A DNA stretch of 64,000 nt from an uncultured Candidatus Saccharibacteria bacterium. Lineage in GTDB: Bacteria; Patescibacteriota; UBA1384; CAILIB01; JAUSJZ01. The position numbers were made by a program, and so were the translations under genes. The stretch is taken from positions 65,749-129,748 of the forward strand of contig CAYQWZ010000002.1 of NCBI GenBank assembly GCA_964421635.1, written 5' to 3'. Under the pieces are notes generated by a model. It was given only the letters and a program-made list of their open reading frames with translations. It did not search any database and was not told where the DNA came from. Positions 19,092-29,992 of the stretch are shown here, piece after piece; the stretch's first letter is position 1; each line of letters opens with the position of its first letter.

Positions 19092-19562
19092 ATGAAGAAA
19101 GGTAAGCCAAATCTTAAAAAAGCCAAAGCTGAAGCAGATATGCAAGATCAGCTAAAAAGAGCGCAAGCAGAGCTTGCAAACTATAAAAAGCGTGTAGATC
19201 GCGATAAGGGTGAATTTGCCAAATTTGCGTCTAAAGAGGTAATTTTAGATTTACTACCCGTTGTAGATAACTTTGAGCGAGCCATTGAGCATGTGCCACA
19301 GACAGAAAAAGACAATAACTGGCTAATGGGAATCACCTATATTCATAAACAACTGTTAGAGATGCTGGCTAATCATGAAGTAGTAAAGGTAGAAGTCAAA
19401 GCAGGAGACGAATTCGATTCTACTAAACACAACGCCGTTGAGCACAAATCTAATGACGAAATAAAAGAAAATAAAATAATACAAGTAATTAATCAGGCAT
19501 ACACCATGCACGGCGAAGTTATTCGTCCAGCTACAGTGGTGGTCTCGTCTGGTAAAAAATAA
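19092..19562 (+). CDS. grpE: Nucleotide exchange factor GrpE
   Basis: RAQAELANYKKR, LLPVVDNFERA, FD...HNAV, VIRPATVVV. Confidence 0.95.
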   Translation: MKKGKPNLKKAKAEADMQDQLKRAQAELANYKKRVDRDKGEFAKFASKEVILDLLPVVDNFERAIEHVPQTEKDNNWLMGITYIHKQLLEMLANHEVVKVEVKAGDEFDSTKHNAVEHKSNDEIKENKIIQVINQAYTMHGEVIRPATVVVSSGKK

Positions 19563-19565
19563 ACA

Positions 19566-21488
19566 ATGAGCAAAATTATTGGAATCGATTTAGGAACAAC
19601 CAACTCCGTCGTATCTGTAATGGAAGGCGGCACCGCCAAAGTAATCCCTACAGCTGAGGGCGCAAACACTATGCCTTCAATTGTGGCGGTTAATAAAAAC
19701 GGTGAGCGCGTAGTTGGCCAACTAGCCAAGCGTCAGGCCGTGACTAATCCTACTAATACAGTCTCGTCTGTCAAAAGATTTATCGGTCGCAAATTCAGCG
19801 ATGACGAATCGCAGGAAGATTTCAAACGAGTGCCCTACGAAACTCGTGAATCTAAAACCAAAGGCATCGAAGTCAAAATGGGGGAGAAGTGGCATTCAGC
19901 CGAAGAAATTTCAGCTTTCATTTTAGGCAAACTAAAAACTGACGCCGAAGCTTATCTTGGCGAAAAAGTGACCGAAGCGGTTATTACCGTACCTGCCTAT
20001 TTCAATGATTCACAAAGACAAAGCACGAAGGATTCGGGAAAAATTGCCGGTCTAACCGTAAAAAGAATTATAAACGAGCCAACTGCCGCCGCCCTAGCTT
20101 ATGGTTTAGAGCGCAAGAAGAACGAAAAAGTGGCCGTCTACGATTTGGGTGGAGGAACTTTCGATATCACAATTTTAGATATTGGTTCAGGTGAAGAAGG
20201 GTCATCATTCGAGGTGCTTTCAACAAACGGTGACACTCATTTAGGTGGCGACGACTTTGACCAAAAACTAATGAATCATATTTTAGCTAAATTTAAAGCT
20301 GAAGAAGGGGTTGATTTGCAATCTCAAGTCGATGCTATTCAGCGTGTCAAAGAAGCAGCCGAAAAAGCCAAAATTGAGTTATCCTCAAGTGCTGAAACTG
20401 AAATTAATTTGCCGTTTATTACCGCTGATTCAGAAGGACCAAAACATTTGGTCATGAAAATTACTCGAGCTGAGTTTGAAAAACTAACAGATGAGCTAGT
20501 AGAGCGAACCATTGGGCCATGCGCTGATGCGCTAAAAGGCGCCAAATTAGAAGCCAAAGATATCGACGAAGTTATTATGGTCGGTGGACAAACCCGAATG
20601 CCTCTAGTGCAAGCTAAAGTAAAAGAATTTTTTGGCAAAGACTTAAACAAGAGCGTTAACCCAGATGAAGCGGTGGCTTTAGGGGCTGCTATTCAAGGTG
20701 GCGTGATGGCCGGAGATGTGAAGGATGTCTTACTGTTAGATGTTACTCCGCTATCTTTAGGAATTGAAACTTTAGGTGGTGTTATGACTAAGCTAATTGA
20801 AGCTAACACAACCATTCCTACTAAGCATTCACAGGTTTTCTCAACCGCTGCCGATAATCAGCCACAGGTAGAAATTCATGTTTTGCAGGGTGAGCGTGAA
20901 ATGGCTAGTGATAACCGAAGCCTCGGCCGTTTTGTCTTAGACGGAATTCCACCGGCACCCCGAGGTGTTCCACAGATTGAGGTTAGTTTCGACATCGATG
21001 CCGACGGAATTCAACATGTCACAGCTACCGATAAAGCTTCAGGCAAAGAACAAAAAATTACTATTCAAGGTCAAAGCGGATTATCTGATGAGGAAATCGA
21101 CAAGATGAAGCAAGATGCTGAAAAACACGCCGATTCAGACAAAAAGAAGCGTGAGCTAGTCGATACTAAAAATATGTCCGAAGGATTAATCCACACGGCA
21201 GAAAAGACACTGAAAGATAATAAGGCTAAAATTAAACCAGAAGATGCACGCAAAGTTGAAGACTCAATTACCGCTTTGAAAAATGTGGTGAATACTGACA
21301 AAACAGAAGATATTAAAGCCAAAGCTGAAGATTTGTCTAAGAATTTGTCAGAAGCTGGCCAACATCTGTATGAGCAGACCGCTGCTGAGGAAGAGAAGAA
21401 AGGTGACAAAAAAGATGATAAAAAAGAGGATGACAAAGCTGAAGATAAAAAAGAAGAAAAGAAAGACGAGCCAAAAGATAAGAAGTAA
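19566..21488 (+). CDS. dnaK: Chaperone DnaK (Hsp70)
   Basis: [35 protein letters not shown]. Confidence 0.99.
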   Translation: MSKIIGIDLGTTNSVVSVMEGGTAKVIPTAEGANTMPSIVAVNKNGERVVGQLAKRQAVTNPTNTVSSVKRFIGRKFSDDESQEDFKRVPYETRESKTKGIEVKMGEKWHSAEEISAFILGKLKTDAEAYLGEKVTEAVITVPAYFNDSQRQSTKDSGKIAGLTVKRIINEPTAAALAYGLERKKNEKVAVYDLGGGTFDITILDIGSGEEGSSFEVLSTNGDTHLGGDDFDQKLMNHILAKFKAEEGVDLQSQVDAIQRVKEAAEKAKIELSSSAETEINLPFITADSEGPKHLVMKITRAEFEKLTDELVERTIGPCADALKGAKLEAKDIDEVIMVGGQTRMPLVQAKVKEFFGKDLNKSVNPDEAVALGAAIQGGVMAGDVKDVLLLDVTPLSLGIETLGGVMTKLIEANTTIPTKHSQVFSTAADNQPQVEIHVLQGEREMASDNRSLGRFVLDGIPPAPRGVPQIEVSFDIDADGIQHVTATDKASGKEQKITIQGQSGLSDEEIDKMKQDAEKHADSDKKKRELVDTKNMSEGLIHTAEKTLKDNKAKIKPEDARKVEDSITALKNVVNTDKTEDIKAKAEDLSKNLSEAGQHLYEQTAAEEEKKGDKKDDKKEDDKAEDKKEEKKDEPKDKK

Positions 21489-21502
21489 GGAAAAATATTC
21501 TA

Positions 21503-22099
21503 GTGAACGACCCATATGAGGTTTTAGGTGTTGCCAAAGACGCCAGTACAGATGAAGTAAAGAAGGCTTTTCGAAAGCTTTCGCATCAGCACCACCCAGA
21601 CAAGGGGGGCGATGCCACTAAATTCCAAGAAATCAACCAAGCTTATCAGATTTTATCTGACCCTCAGAAACGAGCCCAGTACGACCAGTTCGGCTCGGCC
21701 GGGTCTGGAGGAGGTGGTAATCCTTATGGCGGGCAAAACCCATTCGGGGGCAATGGTGGAGGTTTTGAATTTAATTTTGGTGGTGGCGGAGGATTAGGAG
21801 ACATCTTCGAAGATATGTTTGGCGCTGCTTTCTCAAATGTTCAAGCCGAAGTACAAATTTCGCCTGCTCAAGCAGTAATGGGAGATATAATCTCATTAAC
21901 TGTTGGTAAAGATAAAATAGAGCTTAAAATTCCACCGGGAACGCAGAATGGACAATCCTTCAATTTCAGAGGAAAAGGTAAAGAGCATCGACGCGGCCGA
22001 GGTGATCTGCAAATTGTCGTTCGTATAGTTATGCCAACCGCTCGTCGAATGAGTAGAAAAGAAAGAGAGCTTTGGGAGCAGATAAAGAAACTCTATTAG
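21503..22099 (+). CDS. dnaJ: Short DnaJ (J-domain, G/F region, truncated C-terminal domain, no Zn finger)
   Basis: [12 protein letters not shown] motif, G/F-rich linker, IPPGTQNG...RGKG...GDL. Confidence 0.85.
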   Translation: MNDPYEVLGVAKDASTDEVKKAFRKLSHQHHPDKGGDATKFQEINQAYQILSDPQKRAQYDQFGSAGSGGGGNPYGGQNPFGGNGGGFEFNFGGGGGLGDIFEDMFGAAFSNVQAEVQISPAQAVMGDIISLTVGKDKIELKIPPGTQNGQSFNFRGKGKEHRRGRGDLQIVVRIVMPTARRMSRKERELWEQIKKLY

Positions 22100-22148
22100 T
22101 TTATCTTCTTTGATTTGATTTCATTTCCCTTCATAATGACCCTAGGGA

Positions 22149-22646
22149 ATGAATATACCTAGTTGGGATGTAATGATCGTTGCTATAGCTTCTGTTTGGC
22201 TAGTTTATGCCATGCTCATTTTGCGTAGCCGAGTTACAGGAGCCTTATTAGCAGCTTACGCTTCTTATTTAGTAGCTATTACTTGGGGAGGTGCGCTTTT
22301 TGGTTTGCTGACGGGGCAGAGAGAAGTCTTCGGTTTTTCTATTAGTTTGCATGTTAATGAATTCACTATTAATGCGGCGTTGTTCGTGGTATTGTGGCTT
22401 CTACTGTCTACTTTTATAGGATTTTCGAAGAAGAAAAAGATGCCTGAAATTGAAATCATTGTGCATTCTGTCTTTACTCTTTTGTTTGTTACATCTTCCG
22501 TGGTGAATTTTATGAACGAAGAGCAGATTGCCAATTTAGGAGACAAATCCCATTTAGCCGCTTTGGTGGGTAGCTATCATCAAATATTATTGTTAGTGCC
22601 TGTAATCTTTCTTCTTTATTCTTCTATGCGCAGTCACGAAGATTGA
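22149..22646 (+). CDS. Hypothetical membrane protein (about 5 TM)
   Basis: Hydrophobic 165-aa ORF. Confidence 0.75.
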   Translation: MNIPSWDVMIVAIASVWLVYAMLILRSRVTGALLAAYASYLVAITWGGALFGLLTGQREVFGFSISLHVNEFTINAALFVVLWLLLSTFIGFSKKKKMPEIEIIVHSVFTLLFVTSSVVNFMNEEQIANLGDKSHLAALVGSYHQILLLVPVIFLLYSSMRSHED

Positions 22647-22648
22647 GC

Positions 22649-22677
22649 TTGACCTAAGCCTAGATTCGAGGTAGTAT
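22649..22677 (+). promoter_or_regulatory. sigma70 promoter for tRNA-Lys
   Basis: TTGACC, 17 bp, TAGTAT just upstream of the tRNA. Confidence 0.65.
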
Positions 22678-22688
22678 ATTCATTGTTT

Positions 22689-22764
22689 GGATCGCTAGCT
22701 CAATTGGTAGAGCAATGGCCTTTTAAGCCAGTGGTTCCGGGTTCAAGTCCCGGGCGGTCCACCA
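22689..22764 (+). tRNA. tRNA-Lys(TTT)
   Basis: Acceptor GGATCGC/GCGGTCC, anticodon loop CT-TTT-AA, GTTCAAG T-loop, encoded CCA. Confidence 0.97.
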
Positions 22765-22820
22765 AAAAGATATTAAACAAACAAATAGCTAATTTTTGAC
22801 GATTGGTATTCGGAGCGATT

Positions 22821-22842
22821 AGTCCCAGTTGGGGCTTTTTTA
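22821..22842 (+). terminator. Probable intrinsic terminator after tRNA-Lys
   Basis: AGTCCC-AGTT-GGGGCT followed by a T-run. Confidence 0.55.
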
Positions 22843-22861
22843 TTTGAGGTACAATAAAAGG

Positions 22862-23782
22862 GTGAAGATACGCGTTATCAACAACATTGTGGTTGGTGCA
22901 GCAATTTTGATATTATTGCTCTTTTTAGTTGTCCCAAACTCTGGCGGGCGTATGGTAATTTCAGTTATTGGAATTCTGTATGGATTAGCAGTCGCAATCC
23001 TTTATACAATTCTTATTAAAAAAGAGAAAGCTAAACGCAAAGCGGCTCAAGATAGAATTAATGAACTAAAGCGAGTGGAAAAAGAAAAAACAGAAATTCT
23101 TTCTTTGGTGGCGCATCAATTAAAAACCCCTTTAGCATTAATTCGTTGGTCGTCTGAGTCGGTGCTGAATAATACTTCATTAACTGAGAAAGAACGCGAG
23201 CGGCTTGAGAACGCCATTGCTTCAACGCAGGTTATGTATCACACGGTGGAAGATTTAAGTCATATCTTTAAACTGACCTCAAAAGAAGGTGGATATTTAC
23301 GATTAGAGAGGGTAGATGTAATTCATTTAGTTAATGATTTATTACTTGAATATAAAGCGGTGGCTGACCAGCGTAAAATACATATTCAATTTGATGATAA
23401 AAATATTGTGGTGGAAGTAATGGCTGATAGAATTTTTCTAAAACATGCAATTGCTAATTTATTAGATAACGCTATTCAGTATTCTCAGGATGAATCAAAA
23501 ATAGAAATTAATGTTGAACGACATCGCTCGGAAGTTGTCATTAGCGTTAAAGACTACGGTATGGGAATTGAGCCAGCTAATATTGAACGCATCTTTGAGC
23601 GTTTCTATAGAACAGAAAGAGCTATTAAACAGAACGAACACGGTACCGGTCTAGGATTATACTTAGTCAATACTATAGTAAGTAAAATGGGTGGGCGAGT
23701 TGATGTTCGAAGTTCAGTAGGAGAAGGGTCAACTTTTACTATTACCTTGGCTTGGGCAGAAAACACAAATAATCAAGTTTAA
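22862..23782 (+). CDS. Membrane-bound sensor histidine kinase (HisKA + HATPase)
   Basis: AHQLKTPL H-box, NLLDNAIQYS, DYGMGI, IFERFYR, GTGLGL; GTG 22862 follows TACAAT. Confidence 0.92.
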   Translation: MKIRVINNIVVGAAILILLLFLVVPNSGGRMVISVIGILYGLAVAILYTILIKKEKAKRKAAQDRINELKRVEKEKTEILSLVAHQLKTPLALIRWSSESVLNNTSLTEKERERLENAIASTQVMYHTVEDLSHIFKLTSKEGGYLRLERVDVIHLVNDLLLEYKAVADQRKIHIQFDDKNIVVEVMADRIFLKHAIANLLDNAIQYSQDESKIEINVERHRSEVVISVKDYGMGIEPANIERIFERFYRTERAIKQNEHGTGLGLYLVNTIVSKMGGRVDVRSSVGEGSTFTITLAWAENTNNQV

Positions 23783-25545
23783 TCGCGTTTTAAAATATCC
23801 ATATAGACGCTTGGTGGTACTTGCATTGTACCTGTTTCCGCCATCCTTTTTTTACCTTTCTTCTGTTTTTCTAGAAGTTTTCGTTTACGAGTAACATCTC
23901 CGCCGTACAGTTTAGCGGTGACATCTTTACGCATAGCCGACAAAGTTTCGCGCGCAATAATTTTGCCAGAAATTGTTGCTTGAATTGGCAGCGCAAAGTT
24001 TTGTTTAGGTAATTTCTCTTTTAATTTTGCAGACAGCTGACGGCCAAGGCTCTCAGCTTTTTTGGCTGGCACAATTTGTGATAGCGGTGTTACTATATCT
24101 CCGGCCAACATAATATCTAACCGTACCAAAGGCTCTTCGCTAAATTCAGTTAATTTATAGTTCATTGATCCGAATCCTGAAGTAGTACTTTTTAACTCAT
24201 CATGAAAAGTTAGGATTAATTCAGCCAGCGGAATTTTGAAAAAATTTATTGAGCGCTCAGCATTTAAATATTCAGTTTTGATAAACTCTCCGCGGTGCTT
24301 TTCAACCAGCTCAAAAATACCTCCCATATATTGTGCGGGTGTAATTATTTCAACTTCTGCCATTGGCTCATAAGTGGTTTTAATTAATGATTGCTCAGGA
24401 AAATCTATAGCGTTACTGACGCGAACTGTTTTGTTTGAGTTTAGTTCAATTTTATACTCTACAGTTGGCGGAGTGACAATTGGCTCAATATTAAATTCTC
24501 TAATTAATCTTTCGCGCACTATGTCTAAGTGGAGTACTCCTAAAAATCCGCAACGAAAACCCGAACCTAAAGCCGGATGCGAAACGCCCTGATAAGTCAA
24601 AGCCGCATCATTAAGGGATAGCTTATCTAAAGATTCACGCAAAGTATTTGTTTCTTTTCGGTCGGCTGGAAAGAAAGATGCGAAGACCATTGGAATCGCC
24701 GGATTATACCCAACCAAAGCTTCTGTCTCTGCGCTGGAAGCCAAAGTGTCTCCAACGCGTACTTTTTTAATATCTTTTAGCTGAGTGACAACGTAGCCAA
24801 TGTCTCCGGCAGTTAGTTGTGAGGTAGACTCTCTTTGGGGAATAAATTTTCCAACTTCTGAAATATCCGTTTTAGTTTTTGAAGCAATGGCGTGCAGCGT
24901 ATTTTTATTGCTAACCTGGCCACTCATTACTCGAACATAAGCCACTACTCCGCGGTAAGAATCGTATACAGAGTCAAAGACCAAAAGCTGTGTTTCTCCT
25001 TTAACATCTTCTTTGGCAGGGGGAATTTTAGAAGCGATAGCTTCGAGTAGCTCATCTACTCCTTCGCCTGTTTTGGCAGAAATTTTTAAAATTTCACTCT
25101 CATCTTGCTCTAACAGTTTTGCAATTTCTGTCACGGTGGCTGCCACATTGGCGCGGTCAGAATCAATTTTATTGACCGCGCCTAAAATTGTTAATTTTTG
25201 TTCTTTGGCTGCTTCTAAAACAGAGAGAGTCTGTGCCTGTACACCAGAAGTAGCATCGACTAGTAAAATTGCCCCTTCACAAGCGGCCAAAGAGCGGCCG
25301 ACCTCATATTGAAAATCAACATGACCCGGAGTGTCTATTAAATTATAGTTCTGACCTTTGTATTCTAAATTTATTGGCGCGAGCTTAATAGTAATTCCAC
25401 GCTCGCGCTCCAAATCCATTTGATCTAACATCTGCTCCTGCATCTTGCCGTGTTGAATTTTTCCGGCACGATCAATTAGTCTATCGGCTAAGGTAGATTT
25501 TCCATGATCAATGTGGGCAATAATACAGAAATTGAATTTGCTCAT
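23779..25545 (-). CDS. lepA: Elongation factor 4 (LepA)
   Basis: NFCIIAHIDHGKSTLADR, GFRCGFLG, KDVTAKLYGGDVTRKRKLLEKQK. Confidence 0.98.
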   Translation of the reverse strand: MSKFNFCIIAHIDHGKSTLADRLIDRAGKIQHGKMQEQMLDQMDLERERGITIKLAPINLEYKGQNYNLIDTPGHVDFQYEVGRSLAACEGAILLVDATSGVQAQTLSVLEAAKEQKLTILGAVNKIDSDRANVAATVTEIAKLLEQDESEILKISAKTGEGVDELLEAIASKIPPAKEDVKGETQLLVFDSVYDSYRGVVAYVRVMSGQVSNKNTLHAIASKTKTDISEVGKFIPQRESTSQLTAGDIGYVVTQLKDIKKVRVGDTLASSAETEALVGYNPAIPMVFASFFPADRKETNTLRESLDKLSLNDAALTYQGVSHPALGSGFRCGFLGVLHLDIVRERLIREFNIEPIVTPPTVEYKIELNSNKTVRVSNAIDFPEQSLIKTTYEPMAEVEIITPAQYMGGIFELVEKHRGEFIKTEYLNAERSINFFKIPLAELILTFHDELKSTTSGFGSMNYKLTEFSEEPLVRLDIMLAGDIVTPLSQIVPAKKAESLGRQLSAKLKEKLPKQNFALPIQATISGKIIARETLSAMRKDVTAKLYGGDVTRKRKLLEKQKKGKKRMAETGTMQVPPSVYMDILKRD

Positions 25546-25551
25546 AAATAT

Positions 25552-25998
25552 TTATTCAGACAAAGGCTCTGGTAGCTCTAAACCATTACTAACAGATTCC
25601 GCAGTTTCTTCAACTGCTTCGTTAATTTTCTCCGAAATCGCTTCTTGGGCCTGCCTAGCTGCCTCATCTTTTGCCTGATCAACTTTTTCACCTACTTTTT
25701 CAGAAACACCCTCTTTTATTTTTGATGTATCAACAGTGAAACTGCCAAAAAGCTCGTACAGTTCGTCGCGAATCTCCTCGACTGTTTTTGCTTCTTTGAG
25801 TGCTTGAACTTTAAGGCCTGAACGAAGGGTTGAGGTACCAAACATCCAAAAAAATGCTATTCCTGTTACATAAAGCAAAAGAAAGAAGGATGCAACAAAA
25901 ATACAGCCCGCTTTGTAATGAGGATTATTAAGTTCGTCTAGCTCCCCATATATCTCTTCTTCACTAGTGTTAGTAGGTTTTTTCTTTTTTTTGGCCAT
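25552..25998 (-). CDS. Hypothetical single-TM protein with helical C-terminus
   Basis: 148-aa ORF tightly packed between murJ and lepA. Confidence 0.75.
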   Translation of the reverse strand: MAKKKKKPTNTSEEEIYGELDELNNPHYKAGCIFVASFFLLLYVTGIAFFWMFGTSTLRSGLKVQALKEAKTVEEIRDELYELFGSFTVDTSKIKEGVSEKVGEKVDQAKDEAARQAQEAISEKINEAVEETAESVSNGLELPEPLSE

Positions 25999-27603
25999 TT
26001 ATTTTTTTATCTTTTTTAACCACGATAATTCTTCTTTTAGCCAAAGCTTAGACAGTAGATAAAAGGTGAGTATTCCGGCAATGAAAGCCACTCCAGATTG
26101 CAATAGTAATCCTTCTACAACTTTTGTTGAAATTCCGGTTGTACTTGATTCATAAAGATAATGGACTAGCCGTAAAGACCACCACATTACGCCGGCCATC
26201 GCTGCACTAACCAAGGCTGTATGCACGCCTGTTTTAACAATCCTAATTTCGTTGAGCGGCTTTTTTATAAAATAAACATAAGCAATATACATAATAGTAA
26301 ATTGCACAAGCACTGCTGCCGAGGTGGCGATAGCTAAAGAGCTGGCGCCGAAGGTAGTGGTGACGGCTAGTGAATAGGCAGCGCTAACTCCAAATACTAA
26401 TTGAAGTAAAGCTATAAGCATTGGAATGAGAGTGTTTTTAACCGCGTAAAAGCTGCGAGCTAAAATTGCCACCAAGCCGGTTGGTACAATACCAATGGCG
26501 AACCAGCCGAATACTTCAATGGCCGAAATTGTCTCTTCCCAAGTAATGCTTGAACCTAATCCTATATACAGACGAATTATCTGAGCGCGAAGGATTATGA
26601 AAATTACAGTTGAAGGAATGAGTGTAAATAAAACGAATCTTATTGCTTTTTCAAGTGCGTCAGTAAATTTTGGCCAATTCTCTCGAGCAGCGTGTTCTGT
26701 CAATATGGGAAATATTGCCACTGCAATAGCGTTAGCGAAAATTGCAATTGGTGCTGTTTGAAAAGATTCTACAAGCCTAAAAATGCTGAATGCTCCAGGT
26801 TCTAAAATATTTCGCGCAATGGAAGCAAATATGATTGCATTAAAAGAAATAATTCCCAATGATATACTGCGTGGAGTCATTAGTCGTACTATCTCTCTTG
26901 AAAAATTATTCTTACCTAAATTTAAATATCTAAGTTTAAAACCGACCGCAATTAAAGATGGAATTTGTACTAATAAATGCAGAGCAGCGCCAATAACGAC
27001 TGACCAAATTAGAACCTGTACCGCATTGGCACCGTACAAAGGAGCAATAAAAGCACCAATAATCATTGAGATGTTATACAATAATGGTGACATACTGTAG
27101 GCAAAAAAGCGTTTTTTAGAATTAAGAATTCCTCCTACAACGTATGAAGTACCTATTAGTATAGTTTGAATAAGCAGTACCCGAGATAACAAAATAACTT
27201 CAGCCAAATCTTGAGAATTTAGAAGAGGGAATATTAAATGAGAAAGCGATGGCATAAATACAAAAAGAATGCCAGACAAAACAATTACTAAGATGCTAAT
27301 TTTGGCCAAGAAATTTCCAGCCAGTTGCCAAGCATCTTTAGTTCTTTTTTTAACTAATAACCCGCGAAATAGTGGAATAAAGGCAGAAGAGATAGCGCCA
27401 AAAATTAAAACATTAAAAACAATATCGGGTAATAAAAAAGCGCTCCAGAAATTGTCTTGCTGTACTAGCGTAATATTTTTAGCAATGACAGTATTCCTAA
27501 CTAATCCTAAAATATTGCTGGCCAAGGAAGTGGCCACCAAAATACTGGCTGCTTGCCGAAACGAATTTGCACTATTTAGCAACTGTGCAATTTTGCGTCG
27601 CAT
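25999..27603 (-). CDS. murJ: Lipid II flippase MurJ (MviN)
   Basis: SNILGLVR, AFLLPD, GAISSAFIP, LARSFYA..NT..P. Confidence 0.92.
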   Translation of the reverse strand: MRRKIAQLLNSANSFRQAASILVATSLASNILGLVRNTVIAKNITLVQQDNFWSAFLLPDIVFNVLIFGAISSAFIPLFRGLLVKKRTKDAWQLAGNFLAKISILVIVLSGILFVFMPSLSHLIFPLLNSQDLAEVILLSRVLLIQTILIGTSYVVGGILNSKKRFFAYSMSPLLYNISMIIGAFIAPLYGANAVQVLIWSVVIGAALHLLVQIPSLIAVGFKLRYLNLGKNNFSREIVRLMTPRSISLGIISFNAIIFASIARNILEPGAFSIFRLVESFQTAPIAIFANAIAVAIFPILTEHAARENWPKFTDALEKAIRFVLFTLIPSTVIFIILRAQIIRLYIGLGSSITWEETISAIEVFGWFAIGIVPTGLVAILARSFYAVKNTLIPMLIALLQLVFGVSAAYSLAVTTTFGASSLAIATSAAVLVQFTIMYIAYVYFIKKPLNEIRIVKTGVHTALVSAAMAGVMWWSLRLVHYLYESSTTGISTKVVEGLLLQSGVAFIAGILTFYLLSKLWLKEELSWLKKIKK

Positions 27604-27620
27604 TTACCCTACCCTCCAAT

Positions 27621-29498
27621 TTATTTTTCTTGTGGAATCAAACGATTAAGATAAGAGCCTTGAACGGTCTCCTCTTTTAACAGTTTATCACTTAATTGTT
27701 TTAATTGTTTGCTGTGTTTGCGCAGAGTTTTACGAGCTAATTTTTCGGCCTCAGTAACAATTTTGAGTACCTCGACATCAATCTCTTTTGCCACTGTCTC
27801 GGAATAGTTTTTTGATTCATGAATTTCACGACCGAGAAAAACCATTTCATCGCCATCTCCATAAGTGCGCAGTCCAAGCTTAGAGCTCATTCCTAGCTGA
27901 GTGACCATAGCACGGGCAATTTTGGTAGCCCTTTGTAAATCGTTACTAGCGCCGGTGGTGATTTCTTTAGTGAACAGCTCTTCTGCAATGCGCCCACCAA
28001 GCAATACTGCAATCTCTTCTATAAACTTAGATTTTGAAGTCAAATGACGATCTTCCTGCGGTAAACTCCAAGTGACACCAAGCGCCTGACCACGGCTAAT
28101 AATAGAAACTTTATGGATTGGGTCAGGTAGAGGCAAAACATGACCAACAATGGCGTGACCGGCTTCGTGAATGGCAGTTGTCTCTTTTTCAATTTTACTC
28201 AAGATTCTCGAAGATCTTTCAGGCCCTATTATTAATTTCTCGACTGCATCGTGAAAGTCTTCCTGAGTAATAGTTTTACGATTAGCACGAGCGGCAAAAA
28301 TTGCTGCCTCATTAGCAACATTCTTTAAATCAGCGCCTGAAAAGCCAGCTGTTTGGCCAGCAATGACAGCTAAATCAACTTCCTTTTCTAGTGGTTTATT
28401 AGCAGAATGAATTTTTAGAATTTCTTCTCGTTCAATTTTAGTAGGTGCATCAACGACAATTTTTCTATCAAATCTTCCTGGTCGCAATAGGGCTGGGTCT
28501 AATATATCTGGTCGGTTAGTGGCAGCCATGACAATTACATTGACATCCGTACCAAAGCCGTCCATCTCAACTAAAATTTGGTTTAGGGTCTGTTCTCTCT
28601 CATCATGTGAGCCACCTAATCCGGCGCCTCGTTGTCGGCCAATAGCGTCAAGTTCATCTATAAAGATAATGGCTGGGCTGTGCTTTTTGGCTTGATTAAA
28701 TAAATCACGAACTCTTGAGGCTCCAACACCGACGAACATTTCGACAAATTCTGAAGCAGAGATTAAGAAAAATGGTACATTAGCTTCTCCGGCGACGGCT
28801 TTTGCTAATAATGTTTTACCTGTACCAGGTGGGCCAGTTAAAATTACTCCTTTAGGAATTTCTGCTCCAATAGCTTGAAACTTTTTAGGATTTTTTAAAA
28901 ACTCTACAATTTCAGATAATTCTTCTTTAGCTTCTTTTAAGCCAGCAACATCAGAGAACCTAATCTTTGAAGTGTTACCCAATTTTGCTTTTGAACGACC
29001 AAAGTTCATAGCACGAGAGTTCTGAGCGGTTGATTGACGGACAATAAACCAAATAAATCCTATTAAAATAATTACAGGAAAAAAGTTCAATAAGACTGAA
29101 AGGGCTAAAGCACCGCCAGCATTGTTATCTACCTTTATATTAGTAGTCTTAGATGTAATTCCGTAATCATATATAGAAGCAGCCGGCTCTTTCTCTGCTT
29201 CTAAAATGGTGCCGCCAAATTCTTTTTTGAGCTCAGCCCTGACTAAAGTATCATTTTCTATTATCAAGTTTTCGACTTTCTCTGCGTTGACTTCAGCAAT
29301 AATAGTAGATAGGGGAACTTCTTCTTTCTCTTCAACTTCTGTTGGTATAAAGAAAGATAAAGAAAGAAGGATTAAAAAGAAAATTAAAAACCAAGGAGCG
29401 CCACGGCGTTTACGAGGTTGTTTCTGTCGAAGCATCTGTTCAACTTGTTTTCTGGTTGGTCTAATTCTTCTCCTAGGCATCAGGTTTAATGCTAGCAT
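27621..29498 (-). CDS. ftsH: ATP-dependent zinc metalloprotease FtsH
   Basis: [43 protein letters not shown]. Confidence 0.98.
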   Translation of the reverse strand: MLALNLMPRRRIRPTRKQVEQMLRQKQPRKRRGAPWFLIFFLILLSLSFFIPTEVEEKEEVPLSTIIAEVNAEKVENLIIENDTLVRAELKKEFGGTILEAEKEPAASIYDYGITSKTTNIKVDNNAGGALALSVLLNFFPVIILIGFIWFIVRQSTAQNSRAMNFGRSKAKLGNTSKIRFSDVAGLKEAKEELSEIVEFLKNPKKFQAIGAEIPKGVILTGPPGTGKTLLAKAVAGEANVPFFLISASEFVEMFVGVGASRVRDLFNQAKKHSPAIIFIDELDAIGRQRGAGLGGSHDEREQTLNQILVEMDGFGTDVNVIVMAATNRPDILDPALLRPGRFDRKIVVDAPTKIEREEILKIHSANKPLEKEVDLAVIAGQTAGFSGADLKNVANEAAIFAARANRKTITQEDFHDAVEKLIIGPERSSRILSKIEKETTAIHEAGHAIVGHVLPLPDPIHKVSIISRGQALGVTWSLPQEDRHLTSKSKFIEEIAVLLGGRIAEELFTKEITTGASNDLQRATKIARAMVTQLGMSSKLGLRTYGDGDEMVFLGREIHESKNYSETVAKEIDVEVLKIVTEAEKLARKTLRKHSKQLKQLSDKLLKEETVQGSYLNRLIPQEK

Positions 29499-29549
29499 TT
29501 AATGCTATATTATTCAAGGCTCAAAGCGCTAATTTAGCTAATTTTGGGT

Positions 29550-29578
29550 TTGACTTTTTTCCTCTTTAGAGGTATCAT
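29550..29578 (+). promoter_or_regulatory. sigma70 promoter for the tRNA cluster
   Basis: TTGACT, 17 bp, TATCAT. Confidence 0.7.
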
Positions 29579-29589
29579 TCTACTGTCAT

Positions 29590-29664
29590 GGCGGGATAGT
29601 GTAATGGCAACATGTGTGGCTCATAACCACAAGTTGGACGGTTCGAATCCTCCTCCCGCTACCA
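29590..29664 (+). tRNA. tRNA(CAT), probably elongator Met
   Basis: Acceptor GGCGGGA/TCCCGCT, anticodon arm TGTGG-CTCATAA-CCACA, GTTCGAAT, CCA; no initiator features. Confidence 0.9.
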
Positions 29665-29758
29665 AAAAAAACAATTAAACATTCATGAGCGTCATTCTGA
29701 TATGATTGCTTCGCAACATCTCAGATAATCCTTCCTGAACTGTTTAGGTAAGAATAAG

Positions 29759-29778
29759 CCTGCCTGCCGGCAGGCAGG
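29759..29778. repeat. Perfect 20-bp REP-like palindrome CCTGCCTGCCGGCAGGCAGG
   Basis: Read directly; self-reverse-complementary; lies in the tRNA spacer. Confidence 0.8.
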
Positions 29779-29896
29779 GAGTCAAAAATTACCGAGCAAG
29801 TAGTTAATTTTTGACGATTGATAGTAAGATTGAAAAATATAATTAAACAAGAAAAATACCGGATTGTCCGGATTTTTTGTACAATATAGACAATAG

Positions 29897-29973
29897 GCCA
29901 GGGTAGCTCAGATGGTTAGAGCGCGAGACTCATAAGCTCGAGGTCGGCGGTTCAATCCCGCCCCCTGGCACCA
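29897..29973 (+). tRNA. tRNA(CAT), non-initiator (Ile2 or second elongator Met)
   Basis: Acceptor GCCAGGG/CCCTGGC, anticodon loop CT-CAT-AA, GGCGG-TTCAATC-CCGCC, CCA. Confidence 0.92.
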
Positions 29974-29992
29974 AAAAAAATATAGCAAGCGG

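Noticed and set aside
21385-21488. Low-complexity K/D/E repeats at the dnaK 3' end
   Set aside because: Ordinary disordered DnaK tail, not a DNA repeat element.
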